A DNA stretch of 64,000 bases from Geosiphon pyriformis uo1 (GCA_016748015.1 JAAOMT010000283.1:252108-316107); one strand, 5' to 3'. Counted from the first letter of the stretch, positions 11,501 to 25,800 are shown. Numbers and translations: made by a program. Notes: generated by a model from the sequence alone, not told the origin.

Positions 11501-13166
11501 GTTTAGGAATCATCGAAACCCAAGCTTCTTTCCAAGACCCAGAGACTGACTCGCCAACCAAACAGAAATTCAAGAGCACCAAAAGCATATCCAAAACAGA
11601 TTTGTCACAATGTTTCCATAATTTATTGGAGATACCAGAAAGACCAGCCGCTTTTCTATCAGGAAGATCCTTAACAACAGCTGACAACTCATCAAAACTA
11701 ATCGAACACATGACATCAGAGAAAGCACCATCGAACATATAATCCAAAGGCTAATATTGACGAGCCCAATCCTCAGACAAGTCAGACACCACCTCACGTT
11801 TTTTGGTCCATCTCTCCATAATTTCGTCCATCTTAGACTTAACCAACACAGGCTCCAAAATCAACTCATCTTCTACAACCAAATGATCCAGGACCACCTT
11901 GCAAAAAGGACGCTCCAAAACACTCCTAATGGTGTGACTCTTGTTCAGCTCAAAACTCTCCATCCTCTTACCAATAGCCTGCTTAATCGAGGATTCCTCA
12001 GTGCACTTAGATTTCACTAATTTGAAGAAGTGGTATGATTTTCTTGCTTTGGCCAGCGCAAAATGAATAAAATCAGAATTAGAACCTGAAAGAAACAGAG
12101 ACTTAACTACTGATGCACCAGGAGAGTCGAGTCTGTGCCACACCTTCAACAAAGAAGCAAAACCATTACTAGAAGCCAAATGCGAAGCCTTGATCAACTT
12201 AGAAACCAGCAGCTCCAGCTTGTGAAACCTAGAAGAAATCTTGGTAAACACGCCATCAAAACCTTTGAACCATTTTTTTTTAAATGTACCATTCGCTAAA
12301 AGAACCATAATCTTGCGAACAATATCCCACATAGCATCCACGTCAGAAAATCTTACTGCCACACCAAAAGCATCTGAGAATATAGAGACATTAGCAGCTG
12401 AGGCATCCCTGAACTCCAACCACTTAGCTTTACTGGCACTATTGACATCAAACTTCCAATGGTCTTTATTTGCTTGCTTGCGAAGAGAATTCAAACGTGT
12501 ATCCAAGAGCCCGCCCAAACCCAAATCTACTGAAACAGCTTGATGGTCCGTGTCAAAATGCTTACTGACATTCAAAACTTCACGACGCACTATCGCGTTG
12601 ACAAGACTCGAGGAGACAAACACGTAATCAATTGTTTTCTTAACACCCCTAGAATTTTCCCAAGTGAGTATTTTTGCAGCCGGATTACCAACTAAAGAAT
12701 TGACCAGACCCAAATCAAAGCATCTTTTGAAACTCGCACTTTTATGAAAGCCATCTTCATTGAAATCGCCACCGAGAATGATGAAAGAAGATTCGTTGAC
12801 AGTCTTTGCAATGAGAGAATTGATCTCACCAGCCTGAGAGAACCGAACCACCGAAGAAGCACCAGCATAAAGCCCCAAAATTGACACAGAAAGTTTACCC
12901 TCAAAAAGTAATTTAATGGAAAGGAGCCGACCAGACACCTCAGAAACCTTGCATACATGACGAGCCAAAGAAACGTTCATGATAACAGCAACACCCGCAC
13001 CCAAGTGCCCAGAGTCCAAACCAGAAGTGAATACTCAGACACCATTGAACTTGTTTGCAATCTATGAATGAACTCTACTTCTTAATTTCGTTTCAGTAAC
13101 AATAGAGACCAAATTGTTCATGCCCCTGATGTTGCACGTAGCAACTTTCCAGACTAAACTGCTCAT
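8527..13166 (-). pseudogene. LINE-2 ORF2: AP endonuclease, reverse transcriptase, RNase H, C-terminal zinc knuckle
   Basis: ATCNIRG, GGDFN, IDYVFVS, TDH (APE); RPIALIE, AFVDD (RT); VYTDGS, ELQAI, DSQAA, HSGVSGNE (RNase H); CLFCGDVETSDHVFSC. A few in-frame stops and one in-frame deletion. Confidence 0.9.
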
Positions 13167-14950
13167 TAGGTGAGGGGTAGAGACACCGAAAGCACACCTA
13201 TACTATCCACTTTGGCCGAAAGGCCCAGGACCATCTCCATTAGACACTTCATGCTGTCTTCCAGCTTAGATACTGAAGACACATCAAAAGACACCGCTCC
13301 CGCAACATTCCCACCACTAGTAGACACACCTGAACCCTTACTCATTACTATATCTGCCCCTTGATCCTGCGATGAAGAGGTCACCAACAGCTGACATCCA
13401 GGGGAACCATTGGTCCAAGTGCATCCAACCTCTTAGCCAGCTTACCAACTTGCTCCACAAGGCTGGTAAGACTGCGCTCAAGAGCAGCGAACCTATCGTT
13501 GACTTCCATCACTACTTGTAGGGACGGCTTTATCTCCAAAGAGGAGCTATTATTCACTACAACATTCTGATCAGAGAGGGGGGGCGAAGAACACTCACAA
13601 GCAATCTTTGCCCAAGAGAGACCACCAAAAGAGACCGGACGGGCAACTGGAGCCAAGCGTTAGGCATAGATGATTGCTAGCCTGCTTTTATCCGTATCCG
13701 AGAAAACCCTACGCAATGAACTACCAGAAGATAACTTCCCACCAACTGCACAACCCAATGATGTGTGACCCAATTTCTCACACTTGGTGCATTTAGCAGA
13801 AATGAGGCAAGACCAGCGGAGATTGGTGTTTCTGAGTACTGGCATGGTTTTCACAGCAGCATCCAATGATTCAGCAGAGTTGAAACAAACAATAGCACAC
13901 CTGGCCCAAGCATACATAACAGAATGACGATCAATGACGCAAGTTTTCTCACCCACAGATCTAACAAAGTCCTAGATATCATGAGCGGTGGTCCCCATTG
14001 GCAATGTATAGAGCAGCACCCTATGTTGGTCCCTTACATCCCATGCTTCCTTGTCTGAATCAGCCCTAGCCACACGTACAGCATCTTTTCTGATTAAGAT
14101 GGACCACTCAGCTGCAGCCAAATCAGCTTGATCCAATCATTCAAATTCCACCATCACCTTCTGCCACAGCCCAATCAACTGCATCTTGATCGCCTTAATA
14201 ACTCCAAACTCGGATAGCACAGCATGCACAGCCTCAGCCAATGTTCCAACTGGAATTTTTTTCATGACCACAGCCCGATCTGATCACCCAGATGATCTCT
14301 TAAGATCGGTGTTTACCATGATATTCGCACCAATAGCCTTTTCAGTGGCCTTCATTAGACCCAATTCGGAAGTGAATGTCGCTCTGATGATTCCTGAGAA
14401 TTTTGAGGAGGTAGACGCCCCCCCAAAACCATTAATTCCAGAAAATAAACTTCTGATCTTCTTGAGCTTCTCTTGAGCCAAATTTCCTTCTACTGCTTTC
14501 AGATCTAAATCCAAAGCAAATGACTTCCTAACCGAAACATTGACCAGGTTCTTAAGAGGAGAGGGAAGCACCAGAGGGGCATCCAGAAAAACATCATCGT
14601 TATTATTGTCATCCAGGAAGTTGATCTTTTCTAAAGGTTTTCTCAATGCTTTCCTAGTTGTCAACCGCAAATTTTTCAGTGTTTGATCCAAATCTCCACC
14701 AACAAGCGCACCACTTTCACCATAATTGAAACTTGTCTCCTCAACAAGACATTCCTCTTCCATATCAATACTGTCAGATTCTGTGGTATCACTAGTCTCT
14801 GAACCCCATGAACAACTACTTTGCACCTTAGTAGAACCCTCTTCAGCACCAGCATTGTCCTCAAGAACACTGCCTCTTCTCTTTTTTCTTGACAGAACAG
14901 CCTTGAAACCATCCTCAGAGCCAGAACTTTTAACTGTTTGTTTTATGACA
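13166..14950 (-). pseudogene. LINE-2 ORF1 (nucleic-acid binding, CCHC knuckle), disrupted
   Basis: Fragments 14284..14826, 13660..13956 (CTKCEKLGHTSLGC), 13381..13656 and 13166..13387; homologous to ORF1 of the other copies. Confidence 0.8.
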
Positions 14951-15821
14951 GCAATACTAGGGCCAACAACGGCCTCGTAATCAAGCAGAAATGGTTTGGA
15001 TTTATCGTACTGAATGGTAAAAAACTTCTTCCAAAAAACTTTTGACTCTTTTTTTTAAGATTTGTGGAGGAACGAAAGAAAGAAGTTTTTTTTTATTATA
15101 CAAATTTGTAACATAAAAATATTGTTTTAAATAAAATTAATAAAATTTATTTTTGTTATAACAGTTAAAAAATTATTTTACAACACAATAAAAACAATTT
15201 TAATTATATTAAACTTATTATTTTTTTGTTTAATTTTTTTTTTTGTTAAAAACTAATTTAATAAACAATTTTAAAACTTTTAAAACTGGGTTTTAAATAA
15301 ATATTTAAATAAATCTTATATTATTTACTTAATATGTTTTTTTAATCAAATTTATTTTAAATTTTATATATAAAAAACAATATTATTAATTAATCTTTTT
15401 ATTTATTAATTTTTAAACAATTATTTCTTAAATTTGAATATTTAAATTATTAAATTTAGTTAAAAAAATTTTTAAAACAGAAAAAAACCATTTAAATAAT
15501 TTAAATATAATATTTAAAATTTTAACTTTTAATTTTATGGTTTTTTAATTATAAACAAAATATTTTTTTGATTTATTACTTTTTTTTCTAATATCATTTG
15601 TTGAATTTTGGTTTTTATGTCTTTAAATTAAAGTTGATCATTTTTTTTTACTAGTTATTAGTTATTATTTCTATTTTTAAATATAACATATATATACAAT
15701 AAAAAAACTTCTTTCTCTCTTATTTCCAAAAATCCTCAAAAAGCGTGTATTTTGAAAAAGAAGTTTTTAATCTCTCTTATTAGTTTATTTCATCATTTTT
15801 TTAACTAATAATCCCTTTGTT

Positions 15822-17681
15822 ATGGATTTGGAGACTGCCTCTAGCGGCAGTATGTCTAAAAAGAAGACTCCTAAAGGTGCTCTTTATGGTTCTGCTGGTA
15901 GTTCATTCTCGCAAAAGAAAAAAGTTGTGATTGGGAATGTCAAACACTCGGGTGATAAAAAAGATATCTCTTTAAACAAATCTGGTTCTGGTGGCAATGT
16001 GTTTTCTGATGTAGACAGTCTTTTCGGTGATGATAATAATGCCAGTATGTCTGGTTTCTATGGTGGGTTCTCTCTCAGTTCAGTTGCTAATACTCCTAAA
16101 GCAAAGTGTGTTGACACTGGTGCTGTATTTGGATCCCCACTTAAATCTTCCAACTTTGCAATGAATGATGTTGAAGTTGTTCTCCCTCCTTGTGTACCTA
16201 TCTCTCTGGATAGAAAATGGGTGGACTCAAAGATTGTCAAGGTTCCTGTGGAAGTATTAGTCAAGAAATCATTTGCTTTAGATATTAATCTTTTGGCAGT
16301 GGAGGGCAAATTGACAATGGCAAAAACTCAAGTAATCAGGAAAATTTTTTCTTTGGTCAATAGTTTTGGGGGGGCCACTACCCCCTCAAAGTTTGAAGGG
16401 ATCATCTAATCAACATTTACTTCAGAAGAGAGCATGGAAGTGGCCGCGTTATTGGCCAAAGAAAAAGGAATTGTTATAAACACCAATCTTAAGAAACAAG
16501 GAATGCATTCAGATCGGGCTGTGGTGTTAAAAAAAATTCCCATGGACATGTCAAAGAATATGATTGTCGCTGCAGTATCCGAATTTAGAGAAATTAAGTC
16601 AATCAGAATTCAGTTGATTGGAATGTGGCAGAAGACTGTGGTGGAGTTTGCCAAATCTAGTCAAGCTGATCAGTTAGCCTCAAAGTGGTCATTCCTAATC
16701 AGGAAAGACTCGGTGCATGTTGCCAGAGCTGTGGAAGATCATGATGTCTGGGCATTAAGAGATTGTTATAAAGCACTTCTGTTTACTTTGCCGGTGGAGA
16801 CAACTGCACTCTTTTGGATAAAGTTGGTGGGAAAACTTGTGTTATTAATCGCTTATTGGAAACTGGCAATAGGTTTTGTTGTGCTGTGGTGTGCTTTGAA
16901 TCACCAAAGATTTGAATTCGGCCTTTCTTACTGAGCCTATTCTTGGTGGTGTTTGGCTTTCATGGGCCAGGTTTGATTTGGTTTGTTGTAGGAAGTGTGG
17001 GCGTTTTGGTTATTCGGCTTTTGAATGTAATGCTTCAAATGTGTCACCTCCCGAGTTCCCATTTTCATCTAAAAAACCTGCCTCCAATGCCAATCATCTT
17101 CAGCTGGCCAGGCTGTACGTGAAAAAGAATGTTCCTATCTCTCACCCTGCTGCTTTTGATGGCAAGTCATGGGCCCAAGTGGTGTTTCTTGCATCCTCTT
17201 CTAGTGGTTCCTCTTCTGGTTCTGGTTTTGGTTCTGGTGCCTTCTCTCTTGGCGTTTCTGATTTGGGTGGTGGTCTTTCTCTGTTGATGAATGACAACTC
17301 TTTTTTGAATACACATTTGGCGTCTTTGGAACATTCCTTGGAGCTCCTACATGATCAGGTCTCTGGTATTGTGTGCAGACTTGGCAGTATAAATCTGGTG
17401 TCTTTGGCCCCCCTCCTTCTTCTTTGAGTATTTTGGATGCTCTAGTAGTTACCAGTTTTGATATGATTTTGGATGATACCTCACATGATACTGTGGTGGG
17501 ACTTTTACTTTCTCTCGTTGGTTTGGATTTGGGTTCAAATAGTTCAAAAGTTTTGACCTCTAAAATGGGTTCTCTGGAATCCAAGTTGGTGGCTTTCGAT
17601 GCTTCTGTTGGTGCAATTCTAGAGAAGTTAGATCAGTTGTGCACTAGTTCGGGTTTTCAGGCATCTTCTTCTTCCCAATGA
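15822..17681 (+). pseudogene. LINE-3 ORF1
   Basis: MDLETASSGSMSKKK...KSFALDI...GGATTPSKFEGII; CRKCGRFGYSAFEC knuckle; stops and a frameshift. Confidence 0.82.
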
Positions 17682-20600
17682 TTGACCTGGTTTAAAAAGT
17701 GACTATGTGCAATGTGAGGGACATGAACAATCCTGCTAAGCAGGAAAATATTGTTCGATGGCACAAAAATGCAGGTAACATGATTTCTGTGGTTACTGAA
17801 ATAAAGTTGAAAGGAAAGATCTGTCCTTGGATTATAAACAAATTTGATAGTGTTCGGGTGTTTACCTCTGGTTTGGAGTCTGGTTATTTGAGTGCAGGAG
17901 TTGCCATAATTATGGATGTTTCTCTGGCAAAGCATGTGTGCAAGATTTCTAAGGTGCCCGGCCAGCTTATCTCTGTAAAATTGCTTTTCAAAAATAAACT
18001 TTCAGTGACAGTTTTGGACTTATATGCAGGTGCCATCTTGAAAAAAAGACTGGCTCACTCTTATGTTGTCAATTCAATGGTGGCTGAGGCTTTAAATGGC
18101 AGTACTTTTGTTGTTCTTGGTGGCGACTTTAACGAAAATGATTCTGGCCGCAGTGCGAGCTTCAAAAAATGTCTGGATTTGGGTTTGTTTGATTTTTTAC
18201 ATGGTTTTTCTTCACACAGGCTTCCCATGTGGTCCAATTCAAAGGGTGTTCATAAGTACATAGACTTTATATTAGTTAGTAATAGTCTTTGCAGTTCTTT
18301 TTTTAACCAGTGTGTGTCATGTTCAGCCAAATTTTTTGATTCTAACTACTTGGCCATGTTGGTGGACATTGGTGTGGGGGGCTTTTTTAGTTCTCAGCTT
18401 AATTCAATATGCAGACAGGCCACAAGAGAAAAATGGAAATACAGAATTAGTGATGTCAGTGGTGAGATTTGGAAAATGTTTGGGAACGCGTTGTTGGCTG
18501 CTGCTTCAAAGGCTGCTGGTGATTTTGAACTCCATGGCTCTAATGGTAATATCAATAGAATGTGGACACTTCTTTGTCTAATAGTGTGCTCCACAGCAGA
18601 GGCCACTCTTGTGAAAACATGGTCCAGAGACGTTGGGTCGGTCAAAACAACTACATCTTCTAGGTTTTACAGGTTGGAAAAATTAGTTGCAAAAATTTTA
18701 GATGCTTACAAAACAGGCAATATGGTTAGATTTCAGTTTTTGGTTGATAAATGGGTCGATTTGGACTTTGACCAGGCTGTAATATTCAAGAGTTCCTTGG
18801 GCAATGGTCATGACAGAGTATTGGTTGAATGATCACTAGTAAGTTTTAGGAAATTGTATAGGTCTTGTAAGTTTGTGGAATCTAAGACTTTCGAGGACTC
18901 ACAAATTCAGACAGCTATTGAAAAGCATATGGAAGCTTTTGTAGACAACAAAAGTCAAATAATCAGGAGTGTGTTAGAGAAGCCTTTCAGAAAAGTTATG
19001 CTAGACCATCTGGTTGATAATGGAGATTTAATATTGGAGCCTGATTTGGTCAAAGGCAGGGTGGATTCGATTATGGAGAATTGGACCAGGAAATATGCAG
19101 TTAAACTTTCAATGCCTTCCTGATGGCAAGAACAATTTTCTCCTCTTAATCATGTTGATAATGGTGCATTCTCTGGCATGATGGAGCAAATTGATTTTGG
19201 TGAATTTTTGTTGGTGGTAAAAAGTCTTCCGGATGGCAAAGCTGCTGGTTTGTCTAGTATATCTAACAAGATGTGGAAACACTGTGATAAGTCTGTTTTG
19301 GTTCTTTTTTTGCACCTGCTCAACTTATGCTTGGTGTATGAATCTGTTCCAGATGCCTGGAGAGAGGCCTGAGTATCCATGATTCCGAAACCTTATAAGT
19401 GGGATAGAGTTCTGACAAACACCAGGCCAATTGCTTTCATTGAGACCTCTAAGAAGATTTTTTTAAAAATTCTATCTGATTGCATTTCGAAAGCCTACAG
19501 CACACACAATATTCTGCATGGAGACAATTTTTCAGTACTAAAAGGCACTTCCACTCAGTCCCCTATCTTTGTTGTTAGATCTGTTATAGAAGATGCTTTC
19601 GAAAAGGGTAGGAAACTTTGGTTGGTACTTCAGAACATGTGCAAAGCTTATGACTCGGTGGGTTGGTCACATTTAAAAGGTAGTCTGAAGAGAATTAAGA
19701 TGTGTGAAAAATTTATCAGGTTTTTTGGTAGTATTTACAATAGCTGCACAAACAGAGTTATGACAGACTTTGGTCTGTCTGAGGGCTACAAAGTACATAA
19801 TGGTCTGGACTAGGGTGAAGTTTTTTCTCCTCTTTTGTGGAGGATTTTTTATGATCCTCTTTTGTGTGAAGTGAAAAAACATGAGTCAGTTTTTGGATAT
19901 TGAGTTGATTCCAAATTTGTAGCCAAGACAAGCAGAATTGAATTAAACACTGGTTTGACTTTCTATTTGTCTGCTGGTGTTTTCGTGGACAATACCATTT
20001 GGGTTGGCAATTGTCTTATAGCGACGCAGAATATTTTGGATATTGCTAGTGAATTTTTTGGGTTAATAGATATATCAATTAATACTGAAAAAACAATTGC
20101 CATTCCTATTAATCTAAGGTCTAGTAACATTTCCTTGGAAGTGAGTGGGTCTCCAATTTCAATCACAAAGGTTGGCAAAGCTTATCGGTATTTAGGTATC
20201 TTTCTGTCAACCAAGGGTTTTTCTGGTTCAAGTCTAAAGAAGATGAATTCGGATGTCAAGTTTTTCTTGTCCATGGTTTTGCGTAAAGCTATCACAGACA
20301 AGCAGTTATTTTATTTGGTGTCAGCTGTTTTACAGCCCATAGTAAAATATAGGACTCAATTCAGCTTCATCAGTAGGAGCACATGCGAGAAATGGGACTG
20401 TGTAATTAGAAAGGAGTTGAAGTCTAAGGCCAGTCTGCTTAGAGACTTTCCTAACGAGGCAGTACACCATCCTTCCTTATACAATTTGAAGTCCTTTGAG
20501 CAAGTTTAGACAAAAGCAAAAGTCTCATCGGTGTTACAGTCTGCTAATAACAGTGGAGTGTTGGGCCAACTGTTCAAACATAGGTCAATAAACTTGCAAA

Positions 20601-22366
20601 TCTTAGACTGGATTCCTCAAAACTCTCTTCGATCTCCTGTAAAGTTAATGGTCAACCTAATAAACAATTTTCTGGCTGGTGTCACAAAAATTTTTTTACG
20701 TAATAAAGTTTCCCTAGCTAATAGTTTACCCAATGCTTTTCGTTTCAAGGGAGGTTTTTTTATTCTGGATATTTTGGGCCAGACAATGTATCTCCAGGTT
20801 TGCAGATTGCTGAAGTGTTTCAGGATCATGTTTGCAGACCAATTGCTAAACAGTCATGGAGAATGTTTTAATTGGAAGAATTTTCGCCATTGGAAGTGTT
20901 TGAATCCCAGAGGCCCAGTTCTCTTGTGGTTTACACTGGTTTTGGGTTTTGTCAAGGATGGTGGTTTGGTTAAGGGTGCATCTCCCGCTGTTGAGTCTCC
21001 TCTTAAATTGGACGTTTTGGATATGAACCACTTCAGTTTTGTCTGTTCTAGTCTGAAAAATGCTTCTTTGCCAGTGATTTTGGTTTATACTGATGGTTCT
21101 GTTAAAAACTTTGGTACTTTTAATGCTGTCGGAGGGGCTGCCACATATTTTTCTGATCTGGGTTTGCATGTAGGTGTGGAGGTTCACGGTCTGTTGTCAT
21201 CTACCCTAGCTGAGATGCAGGCTATTGTGTTGGCGCTTGAGTGCGTTCTGGCTTTTTCGGATGTTATAGTTCTCTCTGACAGCCAGGCCTCTTTGGATGC
21301 TTGTCAGGCTGAATCAAGTTTGGTGGTTCTGGATTTCCACAACAGATGCTGGGTTGAGCACTGTCATATTACCAATTTGGTCAAATGTAAAAATATTTCT
21401 GTCGTCTAGGCAAAGGTTAAGAGTTACTCTGGTGTGTTAGGTAATGAGCATGCTGATTGTTTAGCTGATACAACCACATCATCAGGACTTTTTCTCCCAG
21501 CAAACATCAAAGAGAATTTCTTATTGGCAGATGGTAGAGTGATTTCTGGCAAGGCATGCCGCTTTATTAGGATAGTAAATGATACTGTTAGGCGTTTCCA
21601 ATGGGAATTTGGACCTGGTTCAAGTGTTGTAGATTTTTTACAGATTGGGAACATAAATTGGTTTTGTACTGTATCGGTCTGGCACCCTGATTCTCACATG
21701 TCAGCTGGATATACAAGCAGAACCACTGCCAGTTTGTGCACATATTTGATGAAGGCTTTACACAGAAGGCTGCCAGTAACTGTTAGGAAGTGTTTGTATA
21801 ATCGAAATTATCCTAGTGTATCATGTATACATTGTGGGAAGGTGGAATTTTCTGATCATAATTTTACTTGTCGCTTGGATTTTTTGACGTGTTAGGGCAT
21901 CTTATGTAAGCACTCCTCTCTTTGGAGATTTTTTACTGGGGCTACTTTGTTATTGTCTGCAGTTCTGCAGTCTCTGGCTTCTTCTGTTTCCAATGGTGAT
22001 CTGTATACAGCTTTGTGCAAGAGTTTAGTGTTGGATGATTGGCTAACAGAGGCTAAGACATTCTTTGTGGATTCTAAGCTTGCAATGTCTAGTCTGGTCA
22101 AGTTCATTCGGAGTCTGGTTGTTGGCCATAGGGAGTGAATTTGAATACCTAATTCGAGACTTCGAGTGGAAATGGAGCAGTGTGGATCATTGGGTGTAGA
22201 TAGATCTTTATGTAACATTGTCTGGGGTCTCCCCACTAGAATTTCAGATGGTGTCGCTCATTTACTGGGAGTAAATAGGGGTTACACGGTCAGCTTTGGC
22301 TTGAGTAGTAGCCATTTGTTTTTTATTAGTGCTGCTGGTGAAGTTACAGTAAATATAGTTGTGTAG
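17678..22366 (+). pseudogene. LINE-3 ORF2 (APE-RT-RNaseH-CCHC)
   Basis: CNVRD, GGDFNE, IDFILVS; RPIAFIE, FVDN (decayed YADD-type); VYTDGS, AEMQAI, SDSQA; CIHCGKVEFSDH. Many TGG>TAG/TGA and CAG>TAG stops. Confidence 0.88.
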
Positions 22367-22823
22367 TATAGCCTTGATTGGCTGAGTGGCTAGTCACATG
22401 TTGCAAGAGCGTAAATCACGTTTAATTTAGAACTTTAGATAGTTGTATTGTATTAGATAGTGATTGGGCTTCATTTGTTAAACTTAATAAAAAAAAAAAA
22501 ATATAATACTATTTTTGAATAATCTTGAAATATGATATATAATCAATAAATTATTTTAATATATAGTCTTTTTTTTAATAAAGTCTTTAATTTATTGTAC
22601 TATTTCTTAATTAAACATTTTTTTGGATTTGTCAGTATACAATTTTTGAAAATTCAGTTTTTATCTTAATTAATAGTAATAGTATACTATTGAAAATTGT
22701 TTTATCCATAGCTTTTAGTTTTTTTTAGTTAATTTTTCTGTTAAAACAGTAATTGGTATTTTTTTAAAAGTGTTCTTTATTTTTTTTATGATTTTATTTA
22801 ACTAATACTTTGTTTGGTTTTAT

Positions 22824-22890
22824 TATTACAGCTAAAACACATACTTTTTATTAGTTATTATATATATTAGCCACTAATATTATATAATTA
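22824..22890 (+). repeat. 5' piece of a degenerate family-A-like LTR, interrupted by LINE-4 and resuming at 29719-29728
   Basis: tattacagctaaaacacatactttttattagttattatatatattagccactaatattatataatta aligns with the A LTR start; continues as gccatcttat after the LINE. Confidence 0.7.
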
Positions 22891-25800
22891 TAGGAAAAAA
22901 CTCTTTTTTTCTTACCTCTAAAAATTTTCAAAAAGTGCATTTTCTGAAAAAAAAGTTTTCTTGTTAGTTTATATCAATATTTTTTTACTTAATCATAACT
23001 CATTTTTCGTAAATTTGAAGACTACTACAAATAGCATCATGTCTAAGAAGAAAACACTTAAGGGTGCTTTTCATGGTCCTGCTGATAGTTCCTTTTCTCA
23101 GAAGAGAAAAGTTGTTCTTGGTAATATCAAACACTCTGGTGATAAAAGAGATATATCCTTGAGTAAATCTGGGTCTGGTGATAATATATATTTTGATGTG
23201 GAAAGTCTATTTGGTAATGATGAGAATGTTAGCATGTCTGGTGTGAATAGTAAGTTTTTTCTAAGCTTAACTGCTACCACACCCAAAGTGAAGTGAGTTA
23301 ATACTGGTGCTGTTTTTGGTTCTCCACTCAGTTCTCTCAATTTTCATATAGATGATAATAAAATTGTTCTTTTTTCTCACTTGTCTATTTCTCTTAACAA
23401 AAAGTGGATTGACCCAAAAATCATCAAAACTCCAGTGGAAGTGTTAATCAAGAAATTGTTTGCTTTGAATATTAATCTCTTAGCTGTAAAAAAAAATTGG
23501 CAACAGCAAAAACTCAATTGATTAGAAAAAATTTTTTATCAGTTAATGGTTTTGGGAGGACCACTACCCTTTCAAAATTTGAAGGGATTATCAGATCTAC
23601 TTTTACTTTATAAAAAAGCATAGAAATGGCCATGCCATTGACTAGAGAAAAAGAGATCAATGTAAATAGTAATCTTAAGAAACAAGAAATAAGATCAGAT
23701 TAGGCTGTGGTAATCAAGGAAATTCTCATAGATACACTTAAAGATATGATCATTACTGCAGTATCCAAATTTGGGAAAATTAAGTTAATCAAAATTTAAT
23801 TAATTGGAATATGACAAAAGACTGTGGTGAAGTTTGTTGAATTGGATTAAGCTAATCTGTTGGCCTTAAAGTAATCATTCCTGATTGGAAAAAACTCTGT
23901 GCATATAGCCAAAGCTGTAGAAAATTGTGAGATTTGGGCATTTAGGGATCAGTTCAGAGCATTTTTGTTTACATTGCCAGTAGGAATGACAGCACATGAT
24001 CTTAGAACTCTTTTGGAAGAGACTAGTGAGAAAACTTGTATCATAAACAGATCTATAGAAACTGATAATAGAATTTGCTATGCTGTGATTGGTTTTGACT
24101 CTGATAATGATCTGAAATCTGTTTTTTGCATGGAGCTTATTTTTGGTAGAGTAAAACTTTCTTGGGCTAGGATGAATTTGGTTTATTGTAAGAAGTGTAA
24201 GCATTTTGAATATTCAGCTCTTGAATGTGATACTTTAGACATATTTATGCTGTTATCATTTAAGAAGTTATATAAGAAGATTGCTTTAGAGGAAGTTTGC
24301 TTTTAGCTTGTTAAGTTGTATGAGAAAAAAGACATTCCAATCTCTTACTCTACTGTCTTTGGTGGCAAATTTTGGGCCCAAGTGGTCTCGCTAGCTGATT
24401 CTTCTGGTGGTACTCACTTTAGATCTGGTCCTAGCTCCTTTCCTCATGGTGTTTCAAGTTTGAGTGGTACTCTTTCTCTTACTTCTGCTGATATCTCTGG
24501 CTTAAGTAATTATTTGGTGGTCTTGGAATGCTCTTTAGAACTTTTAATAGATCAAGTTTCTGTTTTCATGAAAAAATTGAGCTTTGTGGAGTTGGTGCCC
24601 TTAACTACTTTTTTTTATGTTCCCCCTTCAATTGCCTCTGTCTTTTTGGCTCCTGTTTTGGATTCAGATATGGTTTTAGATAATGTGTTAATGTCATCAG
24701 TCCCCCTTTTTTCTGTTGGTTTTGATATGGTTGCTGATTTCAGCTCTAGTAGTTTTAAGATTCTGATTACCAAAGTGGGTAAATTGAAGTTGATAATAGT
24801 GGCTTTGAAAGTGTTAATCAGTTTAGTTTTGGAAAGGTTGAATTGTTTATGTTCTGGTTTGAGTTCATCAGCTTTCTTTTCATCTCAATGATCAGTTTGG
24901 TTTGGAAAATTGCTACATGTAATGCTTGAGATATGAACAATCTTGCAAAGCAGGAGGATATTGTTCATTGGCACAAGGATATGGGTAACTTGGTTTCAAT
25001 TATTATTAAAACTAAATTAAAAAGTAAGATTTGTCCATAGATTGCTGGCAAGTTTGATGGTGTTTGTGTGTTTACTTCTAATATGAACTCTGGTTACTTG
25101 GGTTCTGGTGTTGCTATTATTATAAACATTTTTTTGGTTCGTTATGTGTGCAAAGTTTTTGAGATACCTGGTTAGCTTTTGTCTATTAAGTTACTTTTCA
25201 AAAATAAACTTTCTGTGTTGATTTTGAGGCTTTATGCTGGAGTATCTCTGGCAGTTCATTTCTCTTAGATGGATGATATTAACTCTTTGATAGCAAAAGC
25301 TGTAAATGAGTCCTTCTTTGTTATCTTAGGTAGGGATTTTAATAAAAATAATATTCATAAATGTGCTAGTTTCAAGAAATGCTTTGATTTAGGTTTAATT
25401 AATTTTTTGGGGGGGGAGTTTATTTGCAAAGGTGTCTATGTAGAGCAATTTTTGGGGTGTTTTAAAGACAATTGATTATGTGTTTGTTTCTTTGAATTTA
25501 GCCAATGCAATTGTGTATTGTAATGTTTTAGAAGTTAATGAATATTTTGACATTGATCATTAAGCTGTTTTTGTGTTTATGAATTTAGGTGAATTTTTGG
25601 ATGTGCAGTTGAACTCTTTTTGTAAATAGGCAAACAAAGATTATTGGAAGTTTGATTTTAAGAGTGTGGGTAGTGTTAACTGGACTAAGTTCAAGGAAGT
25701 TTCAGCAGCTAATGCTGTTATGTTTTCTAATGATTTCATGGTGTCTAAGAGTTTTACTAATTTGGATACAATGTAGAATACTATCTGTAAGATAATATGC

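Larger units (their letters stand above)
8390..15091 (-). mobile_element. LINE-2 copy: near full-length non-LTR retrotransposon (ORF1 plus APE-RT-RNaseH-CCHC ORF2), least decayed LINE
   Basis: Poly(A) seen as poly-T at 8389-8412. 5' end AAAAAACTTCTTTCT shared with the other copies. Possible TTTATTAT target-site duplication (8382-8389 and 15092-15099, low complexity). Confidence 0.92.
15701..22500 (+). mobile_element. LINE-3 copy: full-length decayed RNase H-type non-LTR retrotransposon (divergent subfamily)
   Basis: Conserved 5' end aaaaaaacttctttct, ORF1 and ORF2 remnants, conserved 3'UTR hairpin, poly(A) ending at about 22500. Confidence 0.9.

Noticed and set aside
8471-14980. Plus-strand ORFs opposite LINE-2, and similar antisense ORFs over all elements
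   Set aside because: Shadow frames of decayed TE coding sequence; no motifs and not kept as open frames between copies.
15679-22510. Target-site duplication for LINE-3
   Set aside because: Only an AAATATAA match that does not abut the 5' end, in AT-rich DNA; not supportable.
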